Origin: Candidatus Omnitrophota bacterium
GTDB lineage: Bacteria; Omnitrophota; Gorgyraeia; Zapsychrales; Fredricksoniimonadaceae
Direction: 5' to 3'
DNA length: 64,000 bases
Assembly: GCA_016201795.1 (NCBI GenBank)
Contig: JACQCF010000005.1
Coordinates: 20,896-84,895, forward strand
Shown: one piece after another, positions 17,838-27,519 of the stretch
How positions within the stretch are numbered: the first letter of the stretch is position 1
Layout: each line of letters begins with the position of its first letter
Notes under the pieces: generated by a model
Databases searched by the model: none
Seen by the model: only the letters and a program-made list of their open reading frames with translations
Told to the model about the DNA's origin: nothing
Translations under genes and position numbers: made by a program

Positions 17838-18962
17838 CTAACAAGTTAGAATTAACCGCGCGATGTTTTGTGCTGCCATCGGTTTACCGTACTTGAGCGC
17901 CGCCTCGCGCATGGATTTCAGTTTGGACGGTTCGCTCAAAAGGGTCTCAATGGCCCGGCCGATTTGCTTTTTATCGTCAACGCGGATGGCAATACCGCTT
18001 TGGACTAAAAACTGCGCGTTGCGCTCTTCCTGACCCGGAATGGGATCCACAATGACCATGGGTAAACCCTTGGCCAAACATTCCGAGGTGGTCATGCCGC
18101 CGGGTTTGCTGATAATAACAGTGGAGATTCCCATCAATTCATCCACGTTATTGGCGTACTCATAGAAAATAATTTTTTTAGAACTCAGACGCTGAATTTT
18201 CTTAAGCCACCGTACCAGTTTCACATTGGTCCCCGCAATCACAATAATCTGCAGAAATCTATCTAATCGAACCAGGGATTTGACAGCGTCCTTCATCGGT
18301 CCTAAACCCTGGCCTCCGCCCATGACCAAAATCGTCGGCACATGAACGTCCAAACGCAGTTTCTGCGCAATCGCCGCGTGGTCTAATTTTTCCGCGAATT
18401 TCATGTGGATGGGAATGCCAAAGACCTTAATCTGATCTTCTTTCACTCCCTCGTTCATGTAACGCCTTTTGGCATCTTCGGACGGAACCACGTAATAATC
18501 CACGCCTTCATGCAGCCAGTAGAGATGCGGAGCAAAATCGGTCAGCACGCCGATGACTTTCACCGGCAGTTGATGCGTCTTTTTATAATCCGCCACCATG
18601 CCGCAGGGAAAAGCCTGGGTGCAGACAACCGCATCGGGTTTAAACTCATCGAAAAGAAGTTTTAATTTCTTGTGGGAGGATTTGTGAATGGATTCTTTGA
18701 GATTCTTGGAAGCTTTGATGACCTTGGGATTATCGTAAAGGAATTCCCAGATTTGCGGAGCGCGCTTAATCACTCCCAGATAGGCGGTGTTGACAATTTT
18801 TTCCATCAAGGGATAGGTGTAGCCAAAACCGTTGAGGCTTTTGACTTCACAATCGGGATTAAGACTTTTAAGCGATTTTTGAATCGCCACCGCTCCCTGG
18901 CGATGCCCGGAGACCTTGGAAATATAGAGCAGCAAAACACGCTTAAGTCTAAATTCCGTCAT
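17838..18962 (-). CDS. GT28/MGDG-synthase-like glycosyltransferase (UgtP/YpfP-type)
   Basis: N-terminal MGDG-synthase-like region and C-terminal ISKPGGMTTSECLAKGLPMVIVDPIPGQE motif. Confidence 0.65.
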   Translation of the reverse strand: MTEFRLKRVLLLYISKVSGHRQGAVAIQKSLKSLNPDCEVKSLNGFGYTYPLMEKIVNTAYLGVIKRAPQIWEFLYDNPKVIKASKNLKESIHKSSHKKLKLLFDEFKPDAVVCTQAFPCGMVADYKKTHQLPVKVIGVLTDFAPHLYWLHEGVDYYVVPSEDAKRRYMNEGVKEDQIKVFGIPIHMKFAEKLDHAAIAQKLRLDVHVPTILVMGGGQGLGPMKDAVKSLVRLDRFLQIIVIAGTNVKLVRWLKKIQRLSSKKIIFYEYANNVDELMGISTVIISKPGGMTTSECLAKGLPMVIVDPIPGQEERNAQFLVQSGIAIRVDDKKQIGRAIETLLSEPSKLKSMREAALKYGKPMAAQNIARLILTC

Positions 18963-18965
18963 AAC

Positions 18966-19196
18966 TTATTCAATGATTCCCAAAACACCGCCCACCAGCC
19001 CGTCTTGGCCTGGCCTGACGGTGATTGATTGCAATCGACCGCTGGCCGGAGCCTCGACATTAAAGGTCGCCTTATCGGTTGTGACTTCGCAGACCTCATC
19101 CCCGGCATGAATTTGGTCACCCACCTTCACATGCCAGCAGGCTACCGTCGCTTTCGTAATGCCTTCACCTAATTCGGGCAGAATAATATTATTCAT
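18966..19196 (-). CDS. stand-alone lipoyl-domain protein
   Basis: 76 aa. ILPELGEGITKATVACWHVKVGDQI...EVTTDKATFNVEAP with lipoyl-lysine DKA motif. ATG overlaps lipB stop (TAATG). Confidence 0.6.
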   Translation of the reverse strand: MNNIILPELGEGITKATVACWHVKVGDQIHAGDEVCEVTTDKATFNVEAPASGRLQSITVRPGQDGLVGGVLGIIE

Positions 19197-19849
19197 TAGA
19201 CAATACTCACCTCAAAAATGTTGCCGAAAAGCTCCATCCATTTGCGCTTGACTTCCCCCATCCGAACCGCACGTCCTAACAATTGAGCCATGGACGTCAT
19301 CTGCACATCCAAACCACAGGGTTTAATAAGAGAAAACAAAGAAAGGTCGGTGTTAACGTTAATCCCCAAACCATGATAGCTGACCCATTTGCGCACGCCA
19401 ATACCGATAGAAGTAATTTTATCAGCTCCCGCGAAAACACCGCGTTTACCAGGAACACTCACTGCCAATATACCAAAATCCTTCAATAAATCAACGGCAA
19501 CTTGCTCGAGTTTTTCAAGATACCTCTTAAGATTACGCTGGTAGAAATTCAAATCCAAAATCACATACACCATGAGCTGTCCGGGCGCATGCAACGTCAC
19601 ATCCCCGCCGCGATCGACGCTGTGAATGGCAACCCCTTTTTGTTCAATAACTTGTTGGCTGTTAAGCAAGCTTTCCTCTTTAAATAAACGGCCCAGGGTG
19701 AGAACCGGTAGATGTTCACAAAAAACCAAACGGCCACATTCGCCGGCAATGACGGCATCCACCATACGTCTTTGACGCTGATAGGCGTTGATATAATCGA
19801 CCATCCCCCAGTCTTCGGCAATCATATCCATAGGCGCTTGAGTATACAC
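19196..19849 (-). CDS. lipB: octanoyl-[ACP]:protein N-octanoyltransferase
   Basis: VFCEHLPVLTLG...HAPGQLMVYVILDL...GLGINVN signature. Confidence 0.85.
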   Translation of the reverse strand: MYTQAPMDMIAEDWGMVDYINAYQRQRRMVDAVIAGECGRLVFCEHLPVLTLGRLFKEESLLNSQQVIEQKGVAIHSVDRGGDVTLHAPGQLMVYVILDLNFYQRNLKRYLEKLEQVAVDLLKDFGILAVSVPGKRGVFAGADKITSIGIGVRKWVSYHGLGINVNTDLSLFSLIKPCGLDVQMTSMAQLLGRAVRMGEVKRKWMELFGNIFEVSIV

Positions 19850-19885
19850 GAACCCAAATCTCGTCGCAACTGAAAGTAATGACCA

Positions 19886-19916
19886 TAAAAAAGCCCGCTT
19901 AAAGCGGACTTTTTAT
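19886..19916 (-). terminator. rho-independent terminator-like hairpin downstream of isocitrate dehydrogenase gene
   Basis: Minus-strand AGUCCGCUUUAAGCGGGCU stem-loop (8 bp, one mismatch) followed by UUUUUU. Confidence 0.45.
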
Positions 19917-19943
19917 GGCATGGATCATTTTGCATATAAACGA

Positions 19944-21026
19944 CTATAATTTTTTGCAAATCGCTTCGGCCATTTGCAGGGTGCCCACCGCGGTGGGGTC
20001 GTTGCGGTCAGCTTTGAGGTCATAGGTGACGTGCCTGCCTTCCTTCAACACGGCACGTACGGCATTGTCCAAACGGGTGGCCGCGGCCTCTTCCTTCAAA
20101 TGACGCAGCATCCATACGGCGGAGAGAATTGTAGCCGTGGGATTAACTTTATTCTGCCCGGTATATTTGGGGGCTGATCCGTGCACCGGCTCAAAAAGAG
20201 CAATTTCATCGCCGTAATTGGCTCCCGGGGCAATGCCTAAGCCTCCCACCAAGCCAGCACACAAATCGGAAATAATATCACCGTAGAGATTCGGCAAAAC
20301 CAAACAATCATACGTATGCGCGTGTTGTACCAGCTGCATGCACATATTATCCACGATGCAGTCGCTAAACTCTATCCTTCCGGCATATGCTTGAGCCACT
20401 TCCTGGGCGCTACGCAAAAAAATCCCGTCGGTAAATTTCATAATATTAGCTTTATGCACCGCCGTCATTTTCTTGCGGCCTAAACGCAGCGCATAGTCAA
20501 ACGCAAACTTAACGATGCGCTTGGAAGCACTCACAGAAATAGGTTTAATGGAAATCGCGGCATCTTCTTTCACTTTCTTAGGCGACATTTCATTGATCAA
20601 AGCGCGCAGGCGAGCAAGCTCGGGCGTATTTAAATCAAATTCGATACCCGCGTAAAGGTCTTCGGTGTTTTCGCGAAACACCATCAAATTGACGTTCTTA
20701 ACGGGTGTTTTGGTGCCTTCATAATAAAAACAGGGCCGCACGCAGGCAAAAAGGTCCAGCGATTGGCGCAGCTGCACATTGACCGAACGAAAACCTTTAC
20801 CGATGGGAGTAGTGATGGGGCCTTTGATGGCGGTTTTATTGCGGCGGATGGATTCTAAGGCTGCCTCTGTTAAGGGCTGGCCGTATCTGGTAACGGATTT
20901 CTCACCAACTTCACAAACTTCCCAATCAATTTTAACGCCTGTAGCATCCACGCACATTTTCATCGCCACAGTCACTTCAGGCCCGATGCCATCGCCGGGT
21001 AACAAAGTTACTTGATGAGCCATCAT
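19944..21026 (-). CDS. icd: isocitrate dehydrogenase (isocitrate/isopropylmalate dehydrogenase family)
   Basis: LLPGDGIGPEV...GPITTPIGKGFRSVNVQLRQSLDLFACVRP hallmark of IDH rather than LeuB. Confidence 0.7.
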   Translation of the reverse strand: MMAHQVTLLPGDGIGPEVTVAMKMCVDATGVKIDWEVCEVGEKSVTRYGQPLTEAALESIRRNKTAIKGPITTPIGKGFRSVNVQLRQSLDLFACVRPCFYYEGTKTPVKNVNLMVFRENTEDLYAGIEFDLNTPELARLRALINEMSPKKVKEDAAISIKPISVSASKRIVKFAFDYALRLGRKKMTAVHKANIMKFTDGIFLRSAQEVAQAYAGRIEFSDCIVDNMCMQLVQHAHTYDCLVLPNLYGDIISDLCAGLVGGLGIAPGANYGDEIALFEPVHGSAPKYTGQNKVNPTATILSAVWMLRHLKEEAAATRLDNAVRAVLKEGRHVTYDLKADRNDPTAVGTLQMAEAICKKL

Positions 21027-22097
21027 TTACCTTTTCCCTAATAAACTCTTAAGCTCATCGATATTATGCGCATAGGTGATCGCCGTTTCATAGGTGATCA
21101 ATCCTTTTTCGTAAACTTCTTTGAGGGATTTATCCATGGTCTTCATACCGTATTGAGCGCCAGTTTGAATCGCCGTACGCAGTTGTCCAGACGCTTGCTC
21201 GCGGATCATGTTACGCACCCCCGCCGTTGCGATCATAATTTCCGGCACCATCAGCCGACCCTTGCCGCCGGCGCGCGGCACCAATTGCTGCGAAATCACC
21301 CCCTGCAAAGCGCTGGCTAATTGCAAACGCACCTGGTGCTGCTGGTACGGCGGAAACACGTCAATGATACGTTCAATCGTCTGGGGCGCATCCGGCGTGT
21401 GCAACGTCGCCAGCACCAAATGGCCGGTTTCCGCGGCGGTTAAAGCGGTAGAGATGGTCTCCAGATCGCGCATTTCTCCGACCACAATAACATCCGGGTC
21501 CTGACGCAGACAGCGGCGCAGAGCTTCAGCAAAGGAATTAGTATCCCGATACACTTCCCGCTGTTTGATGACTGACTTTTTATTGACATGCACGTATTCG
21601 ATGGGGTCTTCAATGCTGATAATCACACATTCACGCTCATGATTAATTAAATTGATCATGGCCGCCATGGTGGTGCTTTTACCGGTGCCGGTAGCTCCAG
21701 TAATCAAGACCAGACCGTTTTGTTTACGGGCCAGATCTCCAAGAACCACGGGCAGCTGCAATTCTTCCATGGTTGGAATAAATAAAGACACCCGTCTGAA
21801 AGCCGCTTCCGCGCATCCACGCTGATAATGCACATTGACGCGAAAACGATCCAGACCGGTCATGGCTAGAGAAAAATCCAGTTCTTTATTGTCTTCAAAT
21901 TGTTTGCGCTGAGTCGAGGAAAGGCCTTCAAAAATAATGTCCTGCAACTGCTCACGTGAAAGCGGACCATGTTCAATCATGACCAAGCGTCCGTCAATGC
22001 GTAAAACTGGCGGGGTATTTTCCGTTAAATGAAGATCCGAAGCCCCTTTTTGAATGGCCAAAAGAAGAAGTTCGCGTAAAACGGTATTTTTTTCCAT
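21027..22097 (-). CDS. pilT: type IV pilus retraction ATPase
   Basis: GLVLITGATGTGKSTT Walker A, DPDVIVVGEMRD, PilT-specific AIRNLIRE-like motif (GVRNMIRE). Confidence 0.85.
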   Translation of the reverse strand: MEKNTVLRELLLLAIQKGASDLHLTENTPPVLRIDGRLVMIEHGPLSREQLQDIIFEGLSSTQRKQFEDNKELDFSLAMTGLDRFRVNVHYQRGCAEAAFRRVSLFIPTMEELQLPVVLGDLARKQNGLVLITGATGTGKSTTMAAMINLINHERECVIISIEDPIEYVHVNKKSVIKQREVYRDTNSFAEALRRCLRQDPDVIVVGEMRDLETISTALTAAETGHLVLATLHTPDAPQTIERIIDVFPPYQQHQVRLQLASALQGVISQQLVPRAGGKGRLMVPEIMIATAGVRNMIREQASGQLRTAIQTGAQYGMKTMDKSLKEVYEKGLITYETAITYAHNIDELKSLLGKR

Positions 22098-22117
22098 AGT
22101 TGCCGCTGTTGTCGTGT

Positions 22118-23314
22118 TTATACTTTACAAGAAGATCTGGCTTCCACCCACCTGCTGATACGGTTGATGCCTTCTTTGATTTTTGCCTCCGAGGTGGCAA
22201 AACTCAAACGGATATACGCAGGCGCGCCAAATCCATCGCCGCCGACCACCGCGACTTTAATATCATCCAGCATTTGTTTGGCGATGGTGGCCCCGTCGCC
22301 GATTTTGGACACATCGCAGAACACATAAAAAGCTCCCTGCGGCCGGATGTAACGGATTTGTACAATGCGATCGAGGCATTGTACAATCAAATCGCGCCGG
22401 CCCTTAAACACCCGGCACATGGCCTCAATGGTGTCATTGGAAGCCCTCAGGGCCGCCACCGCTGCCGCCTGACTAATGGAAGTCGGATTAGAGGTGGAAT
22501 GATCCTGATATTTCTTGATGTATTCCATGATCTGTTGAGAACCTGCCGCGTAGCCAATGCGCCAGCCGGTCATCGCGTATGCCTTGGAGATGCCGTTAAC
22601 CGTCATCGTTAAGTCAAAAATCTCTTTGCCCAGTGAAGCGATAGAACAAAACTTAATATCATCATAAACCAATTTTTCGTAAATTTCATCACTAATGACG
22701 TAAATTTTATGCGCCACACAGATTTCAGCCAGTCTGGCTAATTCCTCTTTGGTGTACATGACCCCGGTGGGATTGGAGGGCGAGTTGAGAATTAAAAGTT
22801 TTGTTTTGGAGCTCAGGTGCTTTTTCAATAAATCCGTCGTGATTTTAAACCCTGTGGATTGATCCGTCGGGATAATCACCGACTTGCCACCGGCCGCTTT
22901 GACCATTTCCGGATAGCTGACCCAGTAAGGAGCCTGAAAAATAACTTCATCAGCGTCGTCGACTAACACCTGGACGATGTTAAATAAAGAATGTTTGGCC
23001 CCGCAGGAGACTACGATCTGATTGGGTTGATACACCAGGCCATTATCTTTTTGAAATTTGGCCGCGATGGCTTCTCTTAATTCCTGTATGCCCGCCGAAG
23101 GCGTGTATTTGGTAAAACCACTATGGATGGACTTGATGGCTGCTTGCTTGATGAAATCAGGAGTGTCAAAATCAGGTTCGCCGGCGGCGAAATTGACCAC
23201 ATCATGCCCCTGCGCCTGCAACTCCTTGGCGCGGGCGGTGATGGCCAGCGTCGTTGAACCAACCATATCTTTGATCCGACGATTAACCTTGAGCATGAAA
23301 TTATTCCCCGCCAA
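22118..23314 (-). CDS. class I/II pyridoxal-phosphate aminotransferase (aspartate aminotransferase-like)
   Basis: NFAAGEPDFDTP...NSPSNPTG...SKAYAMTGWRIGY motifs. 14-nt overlap with rplQ. Confidence 0.75.
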   Translation of the reverse strand: MAGNNFMLKVNRRIKDMVGSTTLAITARAKELQAQGHDVVNFAAGEPDFDTPDFIKQAAIKSIHSGFTKYTPSAGIQELREAIAAKFQKDNGLVYQPNQIVVSCGAKHSLFNIVQVLVDDADEVIFQAPYWVSYPEMVKAAGGKSVIIPTDQSTGFKITTDLLKKHLSSKTKLLILNSPSNPTGVMYTKEELARLAEICVAHKIYVISDEIYEKLVYDDIKFCSIASLGKEIFDLTMTVNGISKAYAMTGWRIGYAAGSQQIMEYIKKYQDHSTSNPTSISQAAAVAALRASNDTIEAMCRVFKGRRDLIVQCLDRIVQIRYIRPQGAFYVFCDVSKIGDGATIAKQMLDDIKVAVVGGDGFGAPAYIRLSFATSEAKIKEGINRISRWVEARSSCKV

Positions 23315-23873
23315 CTTTACGCTGGAACAATTTTTTGAGACCGGTCGGTTTAGGGACCACTTTGATTGAAGTCTTCACGTCAGCCTTGGAATGCTCTGGT
23401 TTAGCAACAACAGTTTTGGTCCCCTCTTCCACTGCTTTGGTTTGAGCATCCTCTGGTTTTGTCTGGACGGTATCCTTGATCTCTTTTTTCAACTTTTGAC
23501 CACTGATCATCGCACGGTCTTTTTCAGTTAACTCTAAAAAGACCATATCCGCATTATCCCCGAGGCGCTTGATAAAAGGAATGATGCGGGTGTAACCGCC
23601 TAGGCGGTTTTTAAAACGCGGGGCCGTTTCTTTAAAAAGCGACGAGACCGAAGCATGGTCGCAAAGAATCGCAAACGCGCGACGGCGCGCGGCCAGCGTA
23701 TCTTTTTTGCCTAAGGTAATTAGTTTTTCAACTAATCTTCTGGCTTGTTTGGCCTTGGCGCGGGTGGTACAAATACGCTGTTCAATCAAAGCCGCCTTGG
23801 CTAAATCGCGCAAGGTGGCTCTGCGTAAACTGCGGTTGCGGCTTAAACGATTTCCTGCGATTTGGTGTCTCAT
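23301..23873 (-). CDS. rplQ: 50S ribosomal protein L17 with approximately 70-aa Lys/Glu-rich C-terminal extension
   Basis: MRHQIAGNRLSRNRSLRRATLRDL...GGYTRI core. Position after rpoA. Confidence 0.85.
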   Translation of the reverse strand: MRHQIAGNRLSRNRSLRRATLRDLAKAALIEQRICTTRAKAKQARRLVEKLITLGKKDTLAARRRAFAILCDHASVSSLFKETAPRFKNRLGGYTRIIPFIKRLGDNADMVFLELTEKDRAMISGQKLKKEIKDTVQTKPEDAQTKAVEEGTKTVVAKPEHSKADVKTSIKVVPKPTGLKKLFQRKVGGE

Positions 23874-23875
23874 AG

Positions 23876-24871
23876 TTAAGCGCTCTTGGCTTTCAATTTT
23901 TTAGAATCAACTTTCATCCCCAACGTCAGCCCCATGGCTTTAAGGATATCAACGATTTCCGTTAAGGATTTCTTACCGAAATTGCGGAACTCTAGAAGTT
24001 CGACTTCCTGACGCTTGACTAAATCGCCGATAGTTTTGATATTGGCGTCTTTAAGACAGTTGGAAGAACGTACCGACAATTCCAATTCGGAAATCGGCAG
24101 ACGAAGCTTGGTGTACAACGCTTCTTCTTCGGCGGAAATTTCTTCCTCCTCCACGTCTTCTTCAGGTAATTGGCCGTAAGCGACAAACACGTCCAGATGG
24201 CGCTGTAAAATATTGGCCCCGTACAAAAGCGCTTCTTTGGGGTTAATGGCGCCGTTGGTGTAAATCTCAGTGATCAAACGGTCATAATCCGTGCGCTGAC
24301 CGACACGGGTATTTTCAACGCTGAAATTGACCTTCACGATGGGGGTAAAAATTGCATCCACCGCGATGGTTCCGACGGGGGCGCCTTCTTTTTTATTCTG
24401 GTCCGCCGGCACATAACCACGGCCGCGGGAAATCTCCAGTTCCATGTTAAAAGGAATATCCTGGGTTAAGGTGGCGATGTGATGCTCGGGGTTAAGGATT
24501 TCAATGACTTCATCAAAGATAATGTCCTTGGCCTTAATCTCGCCTTTTTTATTAGCTTTGATGTAAATGCTTTTAGGGGTCTTGGAATGCGAACGCACAA
24601 TCAAGCCCTTGATGTTTAAAATGATTTCCGTCACCGCTTCCAAAACACCGGGCATGGTGGAAAATTCGTGAGAAACGCCTTCCATACGAATGGCGCTGAC
24701 CGCAGAACCTTCAATGGAAGACAAAAGGATACGACGCAAAGAATTGCCTAAAGTCACTCCGTAACCGCGTTCGAAAGGTTCAGCCACGAATTTACCATAG
24801 GTATTGGTGTAACTGTCTTCATCGCAATCTAAACGTTTAGGCATTTGAAAATCACGCCATTTCACACCCAT
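23876..24871 (-). CDS. rpoA: DNA-directed RNA polymerase alpha subunit
   Basis: Conserved NTD and CTD ([19 protein letters not shown]). Confidence 0.9.
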   Translation of the reverse strand: MGVKWRDFQMPKRLDCDEDSYTNTYGKFVAEPFERGYGVTLGNSLRRILLSSIEGSAVSAIRMEGVSHEFSTMPGVLEAVTEIILNIKGLIVRSHSKTPKSIYIKANKKGEIKAKDIIFDEVIEILNPEHHIATLTQDIPFNMELEISRGRGYVPADQNKKEGAPVGTIAVDAIFTPIVKVNFSVENTRVGQRTDYDRLITEIYTNGAINPKEALLYGANILQRHLDVFVAYGQLPEEDVEEEEISAEEEALYTKLRLPISELELSVRSSNCLKDANIKTIGDLVKRQEVELLEFRNFGKKSLTEIVDILKAMGLTLGMKVDSKKLKAKSA

Positions 24872-24891
24872 GTCATTATCCTCCGTTTATG

Positions 24892-25518
24892 TTACCTCGA
24901 GTATAACTCGACGATTAACTGTTCATTGACAGAATAGGCGACGTCTTCGCGCATCGGCATGCGCACGATTTTCGCTTTGCAGTTGGCTGCATCCACCTCA
25001 AACCAGCCGGGAACTTTGCGTTCCTTGGTGATCTCGATATTGGCTTTGATAGCATTTAAAGTTTTCGCGTCGGTTTTGATTTCCACCACATCATTGGATT
25101 TAACCAAGAAGGAAGCGATATTCACCCGGCGGCCGTTAACGGTCACATGATGGTGGCTGACGATTTGACGCGCATCTTTACGGGATTTGGCAAAGCCTAA
25201 GTTAAAAATCACGCTGTCCAAACGGCGTTCCAATAATTGAAGCAAAGTCGTACCCGTAACGCCTTTGGTGGAGCTTGCCTTTAAGAAGTAATTACGGAAT
25301 TGTCTTTCCATCACCCCATAAATGCGTTTGACCTTTTGTTTCTCGCGCAATTGAATACCGAAGTTAGAAAGCTTACCTTTCTTAATACCGTGCTGTCCGG
25401 GCGCGTATTCACGACGAGCTACCGCGCATTTATGCGTGTAGCAGCGGGCTCCTTTTAAGAAAAGTTTTTCACCTTCACGGCGGCATAAACGACAATCTGG
25501 ACCAATATCGCGACCCAT
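24892..25518 (-). CDS. rpsD: 30S ribosomal protein S4
   Basis: Sequence and operon position. Confidence 0.9.
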   Translation of the reverse strand: MGRDIGPDCRLCRREGEKLFLKGARCYTHKCAVARREYAPGQHGIKKGKLSNFGIQLREKQKVKRIYGVMERQFRNYFLKASSTKGVTGTTLLQLLERRLDSVIFNLGFAKSRKDARQIVSHHHVTVNGRRVNIASFLVKSNDVVEIKTDAKTLNAIKANIEITKERKVPGWFEVDAANCKAKIVRMPMREDVAYSVNEQLIVELYSR

Positions 25519-25539
25519 ATTTTAAATTTTATCCTTTCT

Positions 25540-25956
25540 TTACACTCTACGTCTTTTGCGTGGACGGCAGCCGTTATGCGGAATCGGCGTGACGTCTCTG
25601 ATGGAGGTTACATGCAGACCCGCTGCGGCAATCGCACGAATCGCGGATTCACGACCCGAACCAGGGCCATTCACTAGCACATCCACGCTCACTAAACCCA
25701 ATTCTTTGGCCCGACGGGCAGCATCGGTGGCTGCCAACTGAGCGGCAAAAGGGGTGGATTTCTTGGAACCGCTAAAACCCACCAAACCGGGAGTAGCCCA
25801 AACAATGGTATTGCCCTGTTTATCGGCAATGGTCACAATCGTATTATTAAAAGAAGCCTGAATGGTGGCAACCCCTGAAGTGATCCCTTTGAGAACTTTT
25901 TTTCTGGGTTTCGCCGGTTTCTTATTGATAACGGGTTCTGCTGGTTTTGTAGCCAT
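25540..25956 (-). CDS. rpsK: 30S ribosomal protein S11
   Basis: Sequence and operon position. Confidence 0.9.
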   Translation of the reverse strand: MATKPAEPVINKKPAKPRKKVLKGITSGVATIQASFNNTIVTIADKQGNTIVWATPGLVGFSGSKKSTPFAAQLAATDAARRAKELGLVSVDVLVNGPGSGRESAIRAIAAAGLHVTSIRDVTPIPHNGCRPRKRRRV

Positions 25957-25970
25957 AATTGAAAATGTCC

Positions 25971-26375
25971 TTACTTGGCCTTGGTGGCAGCTGGTGGTGG
26001 TGTTTCTTTCTTAATAATATGCCCCACGACGGGTTTTTTGCCTTTGCGCGTTCTGGCATTGGTTTTTGTTCTCTGTCCGCGCACCGGAAGACCTTTGCGG
26101 TGGCGCAGCCCGCGATAGGTGCCGATTTCCATGTGGCGGCGTACATTCTCATTGATTTCCCGGCGTAAGTCACCTTCAGTCACGTAATTTTTCTGAATGA
26201 TGTGCGTGATGCGAGAAATTTCTTCCTCGGTTAAATCTTTAGCACGTTTGTCCGCATTGACCTGCGCTTGGGATAAAATAATTTTGGAACGGGACAGACC
26301 AATACCATAAAGATAAGGCAAGGCCGCCTCGATGCGTTTCTCTTTGGGAAGATCAATACCTAAAATTCTAGGCAT
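25971..26375 (-). CDS. rpsM: 30S ribosomal protein S13
   Basis: [14 protein letters not shown]... Operon position. Confidence 0.9.
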   Translation of the reverse strand: MPRILGIDLPKEKRIEAALPYLYGIGLSRSKIILSQAQVNADKRAKDLTEEEISRITHIIQKNYVTEGDLRREINENVRRHMEIGTYRGLRHRKGLPVRGQRTKTNARTRKGKKPVVGHIIKKETPPPAATKAK

Positions 26376-26382
26376 ATCTGTT

Positions 26383-26495
26383 TATCCTTGTCTTTGCTTG
26401 TGTTTGGGGTTGCTGCAAATGACGCGCACCACCCCCGAACGACGAACGACTTTACAATTGCCGCAAATTCTTTTGACCGATGATTTGACCTTCAT
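26383..26495 (-). pseudogene. rpmJ: 50S ribosomal protein L36 with apparent 1-nt deletion
   Basis: Minus-strand ATG at 26493-26495 gives [12 protein letters not shown] then shifts. Restoring one base in TGCGG-AATTG gives the canonical ...[27 protein letters not shown]. Confidence 0.55.
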
Positions 26496-26542
26496 TTTTT
26501 ATTTCCTCGTGTACGGGCTGGGTCACCCAGCCCCTACGATAA

Positions 26543-26761
26543 TTACTTCAATCGAAATGTGATACGCCCGCGCGATAAATCATAAGGAGACAATTCCACT
26601 TTGACTTTATCCCCCGGCAAAATACGGATGAAATTCATACGGATTTTGCCGGAAACGTGAGCCAACACTTTATGATTATTATCTAATACGACCCTAAACA
26701 TGGCGTTGGGCAACGCTTCTTCTACCGTCCCTTCCACTTCAATAAGGTCTTCTTTAGCCAT
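26543..26761 (-). CDS. infA: translation initiation factor IF-1
   Basis: [24 protein letters not shown]... Confidence 0.9.
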   Translation of the reverse strand: MAKEDLIEVEGTVEEALPNAMFRVVLDNNHKVLAHVSGKIRMNFIRILPGDKVKVELSPYDLSRGRITFRLK

Positions 26762-26763
26762 AT

Positions 26764-27519
26764 CTAGCGCGTCAATATTTCCGCTTCTTTAAAGGTTATT
26801 AAAACACAATGTTCAAAATGTACTGACGGTTTTCCGTCTTCAGTGACCACCGTCCATCCATCGCTTAAGACTTTAGTACGATGGCCTCCCATATTAACCA
26901 TCGGCTCAATGGCCAGCACCATACCTTCTTTTAAGACAGGTCCCTGATGCGGCGAACCGTAATTGGGAATTTCCGGGTCTTCATGCAATTGCCGACCGAT
27001 GCCATGTCCGACGAAATCGCGCACCACGGAAAACCCATGCATCTGAACATAACTTTGCACCGCGTACGAAATATCCGACAGATGCTGCCCGGCGCGCGCC
27101 TGTTCAATTCCTTTATAAAGAGCGGCTTCGCTGACTTCTAAAAGCTTCTGAATCTGAGGGTTAACAGGCCCAATGGGAATCGTCACCGCTGTATCTGAAT
27201 AATAATCATCGTAAATAATCCCAACATCAACGCTAACAATATCGCCGTTGCGGATGATCCGCCCATTGGGAATGCCGTGAACAACCCCTTCATTGACAGA
27301 CACACAGATATTGGCCGGAAATCCTCGGTAACCTTTAAAGGCTGGCTTGACCCCATATTGTTGCATCAGGGCTTGGGCCTGTGTATCAATGTCCTTCGTC
27401 GTCATTCCTGCTGTTAAAGAGCCTTTTATCTGCCCGATAATTAAAGACAGAATCTTACCAGCTTTTCTTAAAATGTCAACTTCCTGAAGGTCTTTGATTC
27501 TGATATGATTTGTCTTCAT
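26764..27519 (-). CDS. map: methionine aminopeptidase type I
   Basis: Conserved metal-binding residues pattern. Operon position. Confidence 0.9.
   Translation of the reverse strand: MKTNHIRIKDLQEVDILRKAGKILSLIIGQIKGSLTAGMTTKDIDTQAQALMQQYGVKPAFKGYRGFPANICVSVNEGVVHGIPNGRIIRNGDIVSVDVGIIYDDYYSDTAVTIPIGPVNPQIQKLLEVSEAALYKGIEQARAGQHLSDISYAVQSYVQMHGFSVVRDFVGHGIGRQLHEDPEIPNYGSPHQGPVLKEGMVLAIEPMVNMGGHRTKVLSDGWTVVTEDGKPSVHFEHCVLITFKEAEILTR

Noticed and set aside
22100-22612. 170-aa plus-strand ORF
   Set aside because: Lies entirely antisense within the aminotransferase gene. No recognisable motifs. Typical antisense open frame in a GC-biased gene. The same reasoning applies to all other plus-strand ORFs in the track (for example 39099-39620 in tuf, 48573-49088 in rpoB, 35250-35723 in rplV/rpsS).
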